A stretch of 64,000 bases of DNA from Candidatus Poribacteria bacterium (GTDB taxonomy: Bacteria; Poribacteria; WGA-4E; PCPOR2b): assembly GCA_965198175.1 (NCBI GenBank), contig OZ240245.1, forward strand, positions 288,001 through 352,000, written 5' to 3'. Shown piece after piece: positions 10,249 through 21,069 of the stretch (positions within the stretch are counted from its first letter, which is position 1; each line of letters starts with the position of its first letter). Position numbers and translations under genes: made by a program. The notes under the pieces were generated by a model. It ran no database searches and had not been told where the DNA came from. It was given only the letters and a program-made list of their open reading frames with translations.

Positions 10249-10410
10249 GGTTCCGTTGACATTCAAGCGGGGTTCGTGTTAGAATTGCAGTATTATCTAT
10301 AAGCTTACCCGATGAACAATGGAAAATAACTTCACCGTTTCTTCTCAGTCACCCGATTCTTTGTGTTGCAAATCAACCTTATCCAGCTCCGTTGGAATGT
10401 CAACACAACC
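10249..10410 (+). mobile_element. Internally deleted IS5 derivative (MITE-like, 162 bp)
   Basis: Ends GGTTCCGTTGACATT / AATGTCAACACAACC resemble the IS TIRs. Interior reads LPDEQWKITSPFLLS versus transposase LPDDQWRKIYPFLLS, joined to the transposase 3' end. Confidence 0.8.
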
Positions 10411-10447
10411 CAGTTGCTAAACTTCATCTATTTAAGGAATCTAAAAC

Positions 10448-11644
10448 ATGAAAAAGTTCGTTGCGCTATCTGTACTCTTCGTATGGTTTGTTGGCATCGG
10501 CTGTCAACAAAAACAGCAAGTCGACCATCTCAAAGCCGGACGTGGGAAACTGCTTAATGCCGGACTTGCACTTGAAGCCGTGGAACCTCTAAAAATCGCA
10601 GAAACAGAAGAATACGACAAAACTGAACCGCGAACCCTATTAATCCTCGCTTACTCGCACGGACTATCTACCGGTAGCGCTCAATTACATGGATTGGAAT
10701 CGGAGTTCAATCTTGAACGCAAGCAAAGACTCGAAGCGCTCGGCGATGCGGAGATGGAACGCCTCCTTAACCTCTTGGTTCGACGCTCCCGTGTGCAGAA
10801 AGATGCAATGCAAGTCTTAATTGACAAAGGCGCTAGCGCAGTCCCTTTACTTATCGGTGCTCTGGGCAAGGTCGAGTATCAAAATATCCGAGGCGATATC
10901 ATAGAGATGCTGTATACTATCGGGCCTGATACGCTCAATCTGATAATAGCTGCGATTGGCAATCCCAATACATCGGCGCCAGTGAAGATTTCGCTTGTTC
11001 GGTTGATTGGAAGGATAGGCGAGGTTCAGGTCATTTCTGATGTGGAGGCGCTCGGTGAGGGTATGACCGATGCCGGCTTGAAGATGGAAATCAACGCAGC
11101 GCTCTATAAACTAGGTCGGAGCGATTACAAGTCAGAGATTCTGAAGGGGTTAAGAGTTAGCGATGTGAATGTGCGTCGTGCTGCTGCGAAGGCGATAATC
11201 GATTTTGAGGATTATTCTGGGTCAGATGTCATCATAGCGCTTCAAGATACGGACGATCGGGTTCGAGAATATGTTTCGCAAGTGCTGCAAAAACGGCCGG
11301 ATAAGGGTGCGGTCCAGCCGCTTGTAGAAGTATTGAAGAGCGGTGCAGATAACGTTGCGAAACGAGCAGCGTTAGAGGCGTTGAAGGTACATGCGGCGCG
11401 GGGGTTGGCGAGGAAGTTGGCTGTTGATTTAATCAGGAAGGAGTTGTTAGGCGGGAAAATCAGTGATGCTGAGAATCGGCTTCGCATTGTCCAATTGTTG
11501 AGAGAAGAGGAGTTAGTACGTCAGATTGAGGCTGCGCCTGTGGAGTTACAATTGAAATATGACCTCGACCAATATCGGCAACACAAGGAAGAGCATGGGC
11601 TAGTGAAGCGTGAGTTGGGACGGCTGCTTGAGGTATTGAGGTAA
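10448..11644 (+). CDS. HEAT-repeat lipoprotein
   Basis: Lipobox FVGIGC; HEAT-like repeats (AVPLLIGAL, VRRAAAKAI, AVQPLVEVL). Confidence 0.75.
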   Translation: MKKFVALSVLFVWFVGIGCQQKQQVDHLKAGRGKLLNAGLALEAVEPLKIAETEEYDKTEPRTLLILAYSHGLSTGSAQLHGLESEFNLERKQRLEALGDAEMERLLNLLVRRSRVQKDAMQVLIDKGASAVPLLIGALGKVEYQNIRGDIIEMLYTIGPDTLNLIIAAIGNPNTSAPVKISLVRLIGRIGEVQVISDVEALGEGMTDAGLKMEINAALYKLGRSDYKSEILKGLRVSDVNVRRAAAKAIIDFEDYSGSDVIIALQDTDDRVREYVSQVLQKRPDKGAVQPLVEVLKSGADNVAKRAALEALKVHAARGLARKLAVDLIRKELLGGKISDAENRLRIVQLLREEELVRQIEAAPVELQLKYDLDQYRQHKEEHGLVKRELGRLLEVLR

Positions 11645-11760
11645 GCGTCGCTCGGTGTTGCATCAAAAGAAGCTGATGTTACTTGCCGTCTACGCAAGCT
11701 TGCCGGCTGAATCAGGATGGAGGAAAGGTACCTAAAGGGATTCGCAAGTAAAATAGAACA

Positions 11761-11795
11761 AGTCCGGTGGGAGAAATTCTCGTCGGGCTTTTTTT
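11761..11795 (+). terminator. Rho-independent terminator
   Basis: AGTCCGGTGGGAGAA-ATTCTCGTCGGGCT hairpin followed by a T tract. Confidence 0.65.
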
Positions 11796-12065
11796 GTACC
11801 TATGCTCTGGTACTTGCATTCGCCACAAAATCGTGACGGAATTCCCATCAGTTTATCGCCTAATCTTAAAACCATTGAGATATTCAAAGCTTAACATCAA
11901 CTTCAGAACTTTAACATGGGATGACCGATCATAGGGCAAACACCTTGACGCCGGCAGACATGGCTTAAAGCCTACTAGACAAAAGGCGTCTTAAATACAG
12001 CGCAATCGCTGTGCTAAGACGCTCTAGTCTAAGGAGTATACTCACTCCAAAAAGGAAGAGAAGCA

Positions 12066-13796
12066 ATGAAACGTCCAAGAACAATATCGAGGCGCGGTTT
12101 CCTGCAGCAAACCTCTGGTGCGATTGCGATTGGTTTTGCAGGATTACACACACTTTTTGCTAATTCCGCGTCCGGAAAGGGCTCAAGTGGTTTCATCGTA
12201 GATCGCTATGGCGATCTCATTCCGGATCCCAACGGAATACTTGACCTGCCCCCGGAATTTGCCTATCGGGTTTTCTCCAGGACGGGCGACCTCATGGATG
12301 ATGGCCTGCTGGCACCAGGTAATCACGATGGTATGGCTGCCTATCCAGGGCAAGGCGGAAAGACGATTCTCGTCCGCAACCACGAGTTAAGCGCAAACGA
12401 GATTGACAAAAGCTCATTCGGCACAGGAAATGAACTCGTCAGCCAAGTGCCCCGCGAAAAAATGTACGACCCGGGGCTTCCAGACATTGGCGGCACCACG
12501 ACGCTGATTTATGACACTCGAACCGGTACACTAGAAAGCCATTATTTGAGCCTAGCGGGTACAATGCGGAATTGCGCCGGGGGACCGACTCCCTGGAATA
12601 GTTGGGTTACTTGTGAGGAAACCGTCCAGAGAGCAGTAGACGGTCATAAGAAAGACCACGGTTATAATTTTGATGTTCCTGCCGACGCGACTACTGGCTT
12701 AGTAGATCCCGTCCCCTTGATAGACATGGGGCGTCTCTATCATGAGGCGATAGCCGTAGATCCTAAAAGCTGGATTGTCTACCAAACGGAAGACCGAAGT
12801 GATGGACTTATCTATCGTTTCATTCCAAATCAGCCCGCAAACCTTGTAGCAGGCGGTCGTCTTCAGGCAATGGCAATTAGAGATATGCCAAGTGTGGACA
12901 CTAGGAATTGGGAGAATCAGATGATCCACGTTGGACAGACCATAGACGTCACGTGGATTGATATCAATAATGTCGAATCTCCAGAGGACGATTTACGCTA
13001 CCAGGGGTTTTCAAACGGTGCAGCGATGTTTGCCCGGGGCGAGGGTATGTGGTACGGCAACGGCGCAATTTACTTCGCGTGCACGAACGGTGGAGCCACA
13101 AGGACGGGACAAATTTGGCGCTATATTCCCAGCCAGTTTGAAGGAACAACAGCAGAAAATATTAACCCCGGTCAGCTTGACCTATTCATCGAGCCCAACA
13201 ACAGCGATCTTTTGGAAAATGCTGACAATGTCACCGTCGCGCCGTGGGGCGATTTGATTCTGTGTGAAGATGGAAACGGTGTACAGTTCCTGGTGGGTGT
13301 AACACCAGAAGGCAATCTTTATAAATTCGGAAAGAACTCGCTTAACGATTCGGAATTTGCAGGAGTTACCTTCTCGCCGGATGGTACGACCCTGTTCGTC
13401 AACATCCAAATTCCCGGTCTGACGCTCGCCATCACGGGACCTTTTCAACCGGTGCCGACTTCAGGTGAGTCTAGTCAGAAACTAGTCACAACGTTCGGTC
13501 AAATTAAGCGTGCTGAGTTGTTCCAAAACTACCCCAACCCCTTCAGCTCAGAAACATGGATTCCCTTTAAGTTAGCAGAGGCAACCCACATAAGAATAGA
13601 CATCTTTAGCTCATCGGGCAGCCTTGTAAGGCGATTAGATCTGGGATATCTACCCGCCGGCGATTATCGTCACCGATCTAAGGCAGCGTATTGGGATGGT
13701 CGGGACAGCTACGGAGAAAGAGTGTCAAGCGGCTCCTATTTTCTTCAGATGCACGCCGGCGATTATACAGGGAGGAAAAATCTAGTAGTGCAGTAG
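12066..13796 (+). CDS. phoX: PhoX-family alkaline phosphatase with Tat signal and FlgD-Ig/T9SS-like C-terminal domain
   Basis: SRRGFL Tat motif; HDGM, LVRNHE, NCAGGPTPW..TCEE, MGR..HEA, RGEG, ADN, CED, SEFAG..FSPDG.TLFVNIQ; C-terminal LFQNYPNPF. Confidence 0.9.
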   Translation: MKRPRTISRRGFLQQTSGAIAIGFAGLHTLFANSASGKGSSGFIVDRYGDLIPDPNGILDLPPEFAYRVFSRTGDLMDDGLLAPGNHDGMAAYPGQGGKTILVRNHELSANEIDKSSFGTGNELVSQVPREKMYDPGLPDIGGTTTLIYDTRTGTLESHYLSLAGTMRNCAGGPTPWNSWVTCEETVQRAVDGHKKDHGYNFDVPADATTGLVDPVPLIDMGRLYHEAIAVDPKSWIVYQTEDRSDGLIYRFIPNQPANLVAGGRLQAMAIRDMPSVDTRNWENQMIHVGQTIDVTWIDINNVESPEDDLRYQGFSNGAAMFARGEGMWYGNGAIYFACTNGGATRTGQIWRYIPSQFEGTTAENINPGQLDLFIEPNNSDLLENADNVTVAPWGDLILCEDGNGVQFLVGVTPEGNLYKFGKNSLNDSEFAGVTFSPDGTTLFVNIQIPGLTLAITGPFQPVPTSGESSQKLVTTFGQIKRAELFQNYPNPFSSETWIPFKLAEATHIRIDIFSSSGSLVRRLDLGYLPAGDYRHRSKAAYWDGRDSYGERVSSGSYFLQMHAGDYTGRKNLVVQ

Positions 13797-13961
13797 TAGT
13801 GTCCAATGCTCGTCACAAAATCGTTGTAAAATCTCCATCGCTTTGTTGCAATCTCTTCATATTACTGTGACAATCAAACGGTAGAATGAATCAAAAGAAC
13901 CGAAATATGGCTCACATTAGATTTTAAAGCTAACACTAGCGGACATCTCTTAGATGCCATA

Positions 13962-14009
13962 AAAAAGCCAAAAGATTGTCACAAGTTTGTAACATCCCTG
14001 AGTTAGTAT
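13962..14009 (+). promoter_or_regulatory. Pho-box-type promoter upstream of the porin
   Basis: 31/34 nt identical to 9308-9341; -10-like TAGTAT at the same spacing (14004). Confidence 0.7.
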
Positions 14010-14341
14010 TATGCTCGATTGAGTTTGTCATTCCCCAGTTCAATCAACAAGCACCAAAGATTTCCCGGAAGCTCTGACAATGTCCCTATCATCGTCCACA
14101 AGTTTCAACACAGAGACAACCGGTGAAAATGTCTTGGATTATCCAGGCGGGAGTTCGGTATCGTACAGGTCGAACATTTTCTTTCTGGATATCTCAGGGC
14201 GCTGTCTAACACAAGGTTCACCCCTAAAACAGACTTCTCGTTTTCATTGTCAAATCCCATCAGGAACATCGCAGCTTGCAGCCTCTCGTTCATTTTCTTT
14301 TTTTCTTGCAACAGTTTCTAAAGTGTGCTAAAGTAAAGGAA

Positions 14342-15418
14342 ATGATGCACTTACCTTCCCCCATCGTGGCTGGTTTAGAATCACATTTTTGGCGGGGCGC
14401 AAGCCTTTTGCTGTTACTTCTGCTCGGTTGGCACTCAGTTGCGTGGGCTGATAACTTTAGCGGCTATTTCTTTGGTGATTACTACTATGTCGCTAAATCT
14501 CACGATCCAGCCCTTGACGATCGAAGTGGATTCCAGTACCGCCGCATCTATTTTACCTACGACAGAGCGCTGTCGGATGAGCTGTCCACTCGGCTTCGGC
14601 TTGAGATGAATAGTCCCTCCTTTCCCACCGCCTTCAAGGAAAAAAAACGTTTAGAACCGTTTGTCAAACACGGTTATCTCAAATGGAAAAATCCTGCATG
14701 GCGAACTACGACCTACTTTGGTCTTGCTGGAACTCCGACGTGGGCTAATATCGAAAAGGTATGGGGTTATCGCGCTGTTGCGAAGACCTTGCTGGATTTA
14801 CAAAAGCTGGCGAGCAGCACCGACTTCGGCGTCGCAATTAAAGGGGACGTTGATGCAGGAAAGAAACTCAGTTACCATCTCATGATTGCGAATGGCATGG
14901 GTACCAGTGGAGAGATTGACCATAACAAGAAAGTCTATCTCTCTATGGCAGCTAGACCTATCAACAGCGTAGTTGCAGAGGCTTACGTGGATGTTGGGGA
15001 TTCCGAAGGCGGTCACAATCAGCGTACGCTGCAAGGCTTTCTAGGTTATCGGCGAGACATATTCCGACTTGGAGCACAGGCTGCCTATCAGAACCGTGAA
15101 CAGGACGATAACGCAGATAATCTGGAACTTTTTGGAATATCGGTGTTCACCGCAACGCAGATTGTTGCAAAGAAGGTATGGGGATTTGCACGATTTGATA
15201 GGATGTTCTCAGCAAAACCTGACGCTGAAAGGATATCCTATACTCCTTATAGCAATACGGCAAAATCGAATACGATTATCATCGGGTTTGATTGGAAAGT
15301 AATCAAAGACCTTAATATTATCCCGAATCTATTCCTTGTTTTCTACGATCAAGCCGACACCGGCGATAAACCAGACACAGATATTATGCCGCGTTTGACA
15401 GCTTATTTCAGGTTTTAA
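14342..15418 (+). CDS. Outer-membrane beta-barrel, probable phosphate-selective porin
   Basis: Signal peptide, amphipathic strands, RRIYFTYD motif, terminal YFRF; Pho context. Start placed after AAGGA. Confidence 0.65.
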   Translation: MMHLPSPIVAGLESHFWRGASLLLLLLLGWHSVAWADNFSGYFFGDYYYVAKSHDPALDDRSGFQYRRIYFTYDRALSDELSTRLRLEMNSPSFPTAFKEKKRLEPFVKHGYLKWKNPAWRTTTYFGLAGTPTWANIEKVWGYRAVAKTLLDLQKLASSTDFGVAIKGDVDAGKKLSYHLMIANGMGTSGEIDHNKKVYLSMAARPINSVVAEAYVDVGDSEGGHNQRTLQGFLGYRRDIFRLGAQAAYQNREQDDNADNLELFGISVFTATQIVAKKVWGFARFDRMFSAKPDAERISYTPYSNTAKSNTIIIGFDWKVIKDLNIIPNLFLVFYDQADTGDKPDTDIMPRLTAYFRF

Positions 15419-15646
15419 CCCCAACGGAATTAGTAAGCACACTAGAGCTATCATAGGAACAAGTAGGGCTGATATACAATCTCATTTGGAAGAAAGTTTG
15501 CTGCCAGACATCGACCTGATTCGCAGTCAGGGCATGGACATGAGCAGGTTGGTAGAGCGTGGGATAATGAGTAGTGCGGATGCGATGCGCAACGGAAATC
15601 GCCAGTTGGCTTACGCAGTTTCACCAAAAAAGCCGGCATTCTGTTA

Positions 15647-16996
15647 ATGGCAAATCATCTTTATGATCTCATCATTATCGGTGCGGGACCGGGCGGTTAT
15701 ATTGCGGCGGAGCGGGCTGGCGCTAAAGGCAAGAAAGTTCTGCTAATCGAAAAAGCCGATCTCGGCGGTGTTTGCTTAAATGAAGGATGTATTCCGAGTA
15801 AAACGCTGCTCTATTCCGCAAAGCTGTTCGCGCAAGCGTGCAACTCCCAAGCGTACGGTGTTACCGTTGAGAACCCGCGTTTCAACCTAGCGGATGCGAT
15901 GGCGCATAAAGGTGAAGTTATTAAGAAACTGCGGGATGGGGTCGCGTTTCAGATAAAGCAACATCGGGTCGAATTACTTCACGGTCAGGCCCGCTTTGTA
16001 AATCGCAATACAGTTCAAGCCAACGGCAAGCAATACCAAGGGGAGAATATAATCATTGCGACGGGGTCTTCGCCCGCTCGTTTGCCCATTCCCGGTGCAG
16101 ATGGGGCGCACGCGCTCACCAGCACGGAAATCCTCGAAATTGAAAATTTACCAGAAAATTTAGTCATTATCGGCGGTGGTGTCATCGGCTGTGAGTTTGC
16201 TTCGTTCTTCTCCAACGTGGGCGTGAACGTATCGGTCGTTGAGATGTTACCAGAAATAATCCCGACCCTAGACCAGGAATTTGCGCGGATGCTTCGGAAG
16301 TCGATGAAAGATGTAGATTTCCATCTTAGCAGCACTGTGGAGTCTATCGGCGAAGATAGCGTAACCTATTGTCAAAATGGAGAGTTCACAACGATTCCCT
16401 GCGATCTTGTCCTGATGTCCGTCGGCAGAAAGCCGAATCTAGAAGGCTTGGGGTTGGAAGAGATTGGGGTTGACCACAATAGTCACGGCGTTAAAGTCAA
16501 TGACTTCATGCAGACCAACATTCCCCGTATCTACGCCATCGGCGATGTTACGGGCAAATCTATGTTGGCTCATGCCGCTTCGCGCATGGGGGAGGTAGCA
16601 GTTAGACACATTGTCAGTGAATGGGATGTTATGCGATACCACGCGGTGCCCTGCGTGGTTTATACTTCTCCAGAAGTCGCTTGGGTTGGACTGGCAGAAG
16701 CGGAGGCTAAGGAAAAAGGCGTCGCCGTGAAATGTGCGAAGTTACCGATGAGCGCAAACGGTCGCTTTCTAGCAGAAAATCCGGGGAAGCGCGGTTTATG
16801 TAAGGTCGTGGTAGATACCAAAACCCATGTGCTGCTTGGTGTGCAAATGATCGGCTCTACCTGTTCCGAGATCATCTATGGCGCCGCAGCGATGATTGAA
16901 GATGAGTTCAGGGTTCAAGATATTCAAGAGGTCATTTTTCCACATCCGACGGTGTCGGAAATTTTCAAAGATGCCTTTACAGCAATGCACTCCTAA
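15647..16996 (+). CDS. lpdA: Dihydrolipoyl dehydrogenase (E3)
   Basis: GAGPGGY, GGVCLNEGCIPSK, IIGGGVIG, HPTVSE. Confidence 0.95.
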   Translation: MANHLYDLIIIGAGPGGYIAAERAGAKGKKVLLIEKADLGGVCLNEGCIPSKTLLYSAKLFAQACNSQAYGVTVENPRFNLADAMAHKGEVIKKLRDGVAFQIKQHRVELLHGQARFVNRNTVQANGKQYQGENIIIATGSSPARLPIPGADGAHALTSTEILEIENLPENLVIIGGGVIGCEFASFFSNVGVNVSVVEMLPEIIPTLDQEFARMLRKSMKDVDFHLSSTVESIGEDSVTYCQNGEFTTIPCDLVLMSVGRKPNLEGLGLEEIGVDHNSHGVKVNDFMQTNIPRIYAIGDVTGKSMLAHAASRMGEVAVRHIVSEWDVMRYHAVPCVVYTSPEVAWVGLAEAEAKEKGVAVKCAKLPMSANGRFLAENPGKRGLCKVVVDTKTHVLLGVQMIGSTCSEIIYGAAAMIEDEFRVQDIQEVIFPHPTVSEIFKDAFTAMHS

Positions 16997-17129
16997 AAAC
17001 CGATATTTGCCCGTCCTGAAGCCGGAGAACTTATCACGCAGCTTGACTTTGTTATCGAAGCGTTAGCTGACTGAGGCGCATCCATGTCGTGTCACGACAG
17101 TACCACAAGGAGAAGGAGTCGAAAAGGGA

Positions 17130-19586
17130 ATGCCCAAGTCACTTACAATAGATCCATCTGAAGTTCGCATGAAATCAGTCATTAAAAGCCAGGAAATACC
17201 CGTAAACGCCTATGACGCAGATCCAGAGCAGGAAGATATACAATATGGCTCGGAAAACCTGGTTCGCATCTATCGAGATATGCTCTATATCCGGGAATTC
17301 GAGGCGATGCTGGATGGAATTAAAAAAGAAGGTGCTTACGAAGGTTTCCAATACAATCACAAGGGACCTGCGCATCTATCCATCGGTCAGGAAGCTGCCG
17401 CTGTGGGTCAGTGTTACCACCTTTCCCCAGAGGATTTTGTCTTTGGCTCTCACCGCAGCCACGGGGAGATACTCGCCAAAAGTTTCGCTGCAATTGAAAA
17501 GTTGAGCGAAGCAGCGTTGATGAACACGATGGAATCCTACATGGATGGTGCTCCGCTGCGTGTAGTGGAAACGTTTACAAAGGGAAACGTCAAAGATCTC
17601 GCAATTAACTACATCCTCTACGGAACACTTGCTGAAATATTTGGTCGAGAAAATGGATTCAATAAAGGCATGGGCGGATCCATGCATGCATTTTTCCTTC
17701 CGTTTGGTGTCATGCCCAACAACGCCATCGTAGGCGGTTCCGCCGATATCGCCACAGGTGCGGCGCTCTTCAAGCGGGTGAACCGAAAGCCGGGGATTGT
17801 CATCGCCAATATCGGTGACGCCTCCATGGGCTGTGGTCCCGTCTGGGAGGCGATGATGTTCGCCGCTATGGATCAGTACCGCATCCTATGGGACGCGGAT
17901 GTGGGTGGCAACCCGCCGATTCTATTCAATTTTATGAACAATTTTTACGGGATGGGCGGTCAGCCAAAAGGCGAAACCATGGGCTTTGATGTTCTGGCAC
18001 GGGTGGGTTTAGGCGTCAATCCAGAAGCCATGCACACGGAGCGCGTAGATGGCTACAACCCGCTCGCCGTGGCAGACGCGACTGCTCGAAAACGGAAGGT
18101 GCTGGAAGCGGGGCAAGGACCCGTCATGTTGGATACGGTAACGTACCGGTTCTCTGGGCATTCACCTTCCGACGCCTCCTCTTATCGAGACAAATCGGAG
18201 TTAGACCTCTGGAGCCAACAGGACTCGCTGATAAATTACGCGAAATATCTCAAGGAAAACGGTCACGCGGACGATGAGCAATTGGGCGCTTTTCGGGATG
18301 ACATTTGCGCACGCCTAGTCAAGGTTCTGGAAGCTGCTGCCTCCTTGGAAATTTCGCCCCGCATCAATATTCAAGTAGACGCTATTGGCGATGTGATGTT
18401 CTCTAATGAATACAAAGACCGCATGGACGAACGCGAACCAGAGGTACTCATCCCCAAAGAAAGTAGCCGTCTCAAAACCACATTGAGCAAGCATCGATTT
18501 GGGTTGGAAGATGGGAAACCGCTGCCAAAGCTTCGGACCTTGACCTACGCCGAGGCGCTTTTCGAAGCCATGATACACCGCTTCTATGAAGACCCTACCA
18601 TGATTGCCTACGGGGAAGAAAATCGGGACTGGGGCGGAGCTTTTAGCGTCTATCGCGGCTTGACAGAGTGCCTGTCATACCACCGACTGTTCAACTCTCC
18701 TATTTCGGAGGCGGCAATTGTGGGGACAGCCGTTGGATACGCGCTCTGCGGCGGGCGCGTGGTGGCGGAGCTGATGTATTGCGATTTTATGGGTCGAGCA
18801 GGCGATGAAGTTTTCAATCAGATGGCGAAGTGGCAATCTATGTCCGGCAATGTCTTGCAAATGCCATTGGTGTTGCGTGTATCTATCGGCTCTAAGTACG
18901 GGGCGCAGCATTCCCAAGACTGGACTTCAATCGTAGCACATATTCCTGGCTTAAAGGTCATGTTTCCTGCGACCGCATACGATGCGAAAGGTATGTTGAA
19001 CCTAGCGCTGCGCGGGACGGATCCAGTTGTCTTCTTTGAAAGCCAGCGTCTGTATTCCGAACCGGAAACCGTTGTAGAAGGCGGCGTGCCCACCGAGTAC
19101 TATGAAGTAGAGATGGGGGAACCGGCGCTCCGCCGCAAAGGCAAGGATTTAACCGTTGTCACGATTGGCGCGGCGCTCTACAGAGCCCTTGAAGCGGCTG
19201 ACGAACTCGAGGAAAAGCACAGCATTTCCGCTGAAGTGATTGACGCCCGCTTTATCAATCCGCTGAACTACGAAACAATCGTTGAATCCGTGATAAAGAC
19301 CGGGAGAGTCGTGCTCGTCTCTGACGCCTGCGAACGGGGTACTTTTCTCCACACGATGGCGTCGAATATTTCCCAGTTGGCATTTGACCATTTGGACGGT
19401 CCCATAGCCGTGGTTGGCGCACGCAATTGGATTACGCCGCCCGCAGAATTGGAAGAGGCGTTTTTCCCACAGAAAGATTGGATTATTGACACGGTCCACG
19501 AGCGAATTTTGCCGATCCCCGATCATAAGGTAACCACTGTACAAACCACCGGAGAAATTCTAAGGCGCAATCGCTTGGGGACTTAG
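17130..19586 (+). CDS. Fused E1 alpha/beta TPP-dependent 2-oxoacid/acetoin dehydrogenase
   Basis: [29 protein letters not shown] motif, YRFSGHS; beta part [20 protein letters not shown]. Confidence 0.9.
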   Translation: MPKSLTIDPSEVRMKSVIKSQEIPVNAYDADPEQEDIQYGSENLVRIYRDMLYIREFEAMLDGIKKEGAYEGFQYNHKGPAHLSIGQEAAAVGQCYHLSPEDFVFGSHRSHGEILAKSFAAIEKLSEAALMNTMESYMDGAPLRVVETFTKGNVKDLAINYILYGTLAEIFGRENGFNKGMGGSMHAFFLPFGVMPNNAIVGGSADIATGAALFKRVNRKPGIVIANIGDASMGCGPVWEAMMFAAMDQYRILWDADVGGNPPILFNFMNNFYGMGGQPKGETMGFDVLARVGLGVNPEAMHTERVDGYNPLAVADATARKRKVLEAGQGPVMLDTVTYRFSGHSPSDASSYRDKSELDLWSQQDSLINYAKYLKENGHADDEQLGAFRDDICARLVKVLEAAASLEISPRINIQVDAIGDVMFSNEYKDRMDEREPEVLIPKESSRLKTTLSKHRFGLEDGKPLPKLRTLTYAEALFEAMIHRFYEDPTMIAYGEENRDWGGAFSVYRGLTECLSYHRLFNSPISEAAIVGTAVGYALCGGRVVAELMYCDFMGRAGDEVFNQMAKWQSMSGNVLQMPLVLRVSIGSKYGAQHSQDWTSIVAHIPGLKVMFPATAYDAKGMLNLALRGTDPVVFFESQRLYSEPETVVEGGVPTEYYEVEMGEPALRRKGKDLTVVTIGAALYRALEAADELEEKHSISAEVIDARFINPLNYETIVESVIKTGRVVLVSDACERGTFLHTMASNISQLAFDHLDGPIAVVGARNWITPPAELEEAFFPQKDWIIDTVHERILPIPDHKVTTVQTTGEILRRNRLGT

Positions 19587-19730
19587 GTCCGACTGTCCTT
19601 TGTAAAGGTGTTAGGCGTTGTCAATTAAATGGTAGTCGGCTTTACGCTTTGGTATCGACCATATTTCGGGCTTTATAGGAGGCTGTCGTCGACGACAATT
19701 AAACCTTCAGAACGATCGAGGATAGCTTGA

Positions 19731-20969
19731 TTGCGGGTGGTGCAAATGGTTACGTATCTTATTATTGGAACTGCTTATTTCTTCCTTATCGTAGAGATTT
19801 TAATCATCATCAAATCGTTTCTATACACACATCGAGAAAGGAAAGCGAAAAGACCCGATTACACGCCAAAGGCAGCGATAATTGCGCCGCATTACGGATG
19901 GGATACACAGGCAGCGGAAAATGCGAAGAGATTATTGGACCAAAATTACGACGGGCATTATGAAATTTTATACGTTACACACCAATCGGGAGCGTCAGGG
20001 TACGATATATCCTACCCGCCTCTCCTTGAGATTGCCGAGGGGCGCGCCAATGCGCGGGTCCTCTTGGCGCCAAATATCATCGAAAATTCGCTGCCGCGTT
20101 CCCAAAAGGTGCAGAATCTGATGACGGCGATTGCGGCGCTGCCGGACGATGTTCAGGTCATCGCCTTTGTCGATGCAGATTCAACGGTTCAAAACGATTG
20201 GCTCAAACTACTCGTCCAACCCCTTCAGGATAAGAACGTTGGGGCGACAGTTGGCGCACGGTTTTATGTGCCGCAGCGCTTGAATTTCGCTTCGCTTGTC
20301 GAGACGATCTGGGTCAATTTTCAGATTGCCTTTCAAGGAGATCACTCACTCACAATGGTTTGGGGTGGATCGAACGCCATTCGACGTGAACTTCTTGATG
20401 TCGGGTCAGTGCTGAAACGTTGGGAAAATGCGCCCATCGAAGATCACAATTTGACGCACGCCGTGCGGGATCTCAAACTTAAAGTGCATTTCGTCCCAGA
20501 CTGTATTGCGGTCACGCATACCGACAACCGCACATGGAAACAAATCCTTGAATTTACCAATCGACAGATAGTCATGACGTTCAGGATGGGACTCAAAGCA
20601 CAGTGGATTCTCACCCTGTTGGTATGTTTACCGAAATCGCTAATTATTTTCGCATCTATTCCGCTTGTCTTCTATTATAATCGGCTCATTATTGTGTTCC
20701 TGATTCCATTTATCGAAATTCAAAGCTATCGGCTCTTCTCCAAAAATCTACCGCAATGGCTGAAGGATGACCCTCAAGTGCGTGAAAATATCAGAATATC
20801 CTCGTTCGCCACGCCTACATCAATGCTTCTTGCGGGATTGAATGCAGTGTACGCCTTATTCCAGAACAAAATCGTCTGGGGCGGTGTGCGCTACGAAATT
20901 CTTTCAGCCACCAAATGTCGTATTTTAGGCACGATCAACCGACCGAATAGGGAGGGATCAACCGAGTGA
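19731..20969 (+). CDS. Membrane GT-A glycosyltransferase (GT2/GT21, ceramide glucosyltransferase/HpnI-like)
   Basis: N-terminal TM, KVQNL, FVDAD, WGGS, ED, RQ, C-terminal TMs and I.WGG.RY. Confidence 0.8.
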   Translation: MRVVQMVTYLIIGTAYFFLIVEILIIIKSFLYTHRERKAKRPDYTPKAAIIAPHYGWDTQAAENAKRLLDQNYDGHYEILYVTHQSGASGYDISYPPLLEIAEGRANARVLLAPNIIENSLPRSQKVQNLMTAIAALPDDVQVIAFVDADSTVQNDWLKLLVQPLQDKNVGATVGARFYVPQRLNFASLVETIWVNFQIAFQGDHSLTMVWGGSNAIRRELLDVGSVLKRWENAPIEDHNLTHAVRDLKLKVHFVPDCIAVTHTDNRTWKQILEFTNRQIVMTFRMGLKAQWILTLLVCLPKSLIIFASIPLVFYYNRLIIVFLIPFIEIQSYRLFSKNLPQWLKDDPQVRENIRISSFATPTSMLLAGLNAVYALFQNKIVWGGVRYEILSATKCRILGTINRPNREGSTE

Positions 20970-21033
20970 ATAACGAGTGCGATAGTCTATAGTTTTCCGA
21001 AGACTATCGCACTCACTATCCGTTCGCTTGATC
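20933..21033. repeat. Palindromic repeat family, copy with a duplicated left arm
   Basis: GATCAACCGAGTGAATAACGAGTGCGATAGT-loop-ACTATCGCACTCACTATCCGTTCGCTTGATC. Other copies at 23219-23249, 26920-26950, 31141-31195, 31270-31350, 37216-37317, 40916-40994 and 52968-53085. Confidence 0.85.
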
Positions 21034-21069
21034 CCCCCACGAAGCGGAGAAGGTTGAAAAGGAGGTTCA

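Noticed and set aside
14040..14340. Short ORFs between the Pho box and the porin
   Set aside because: No motif or RBS support; could be leader or decayed sequence.
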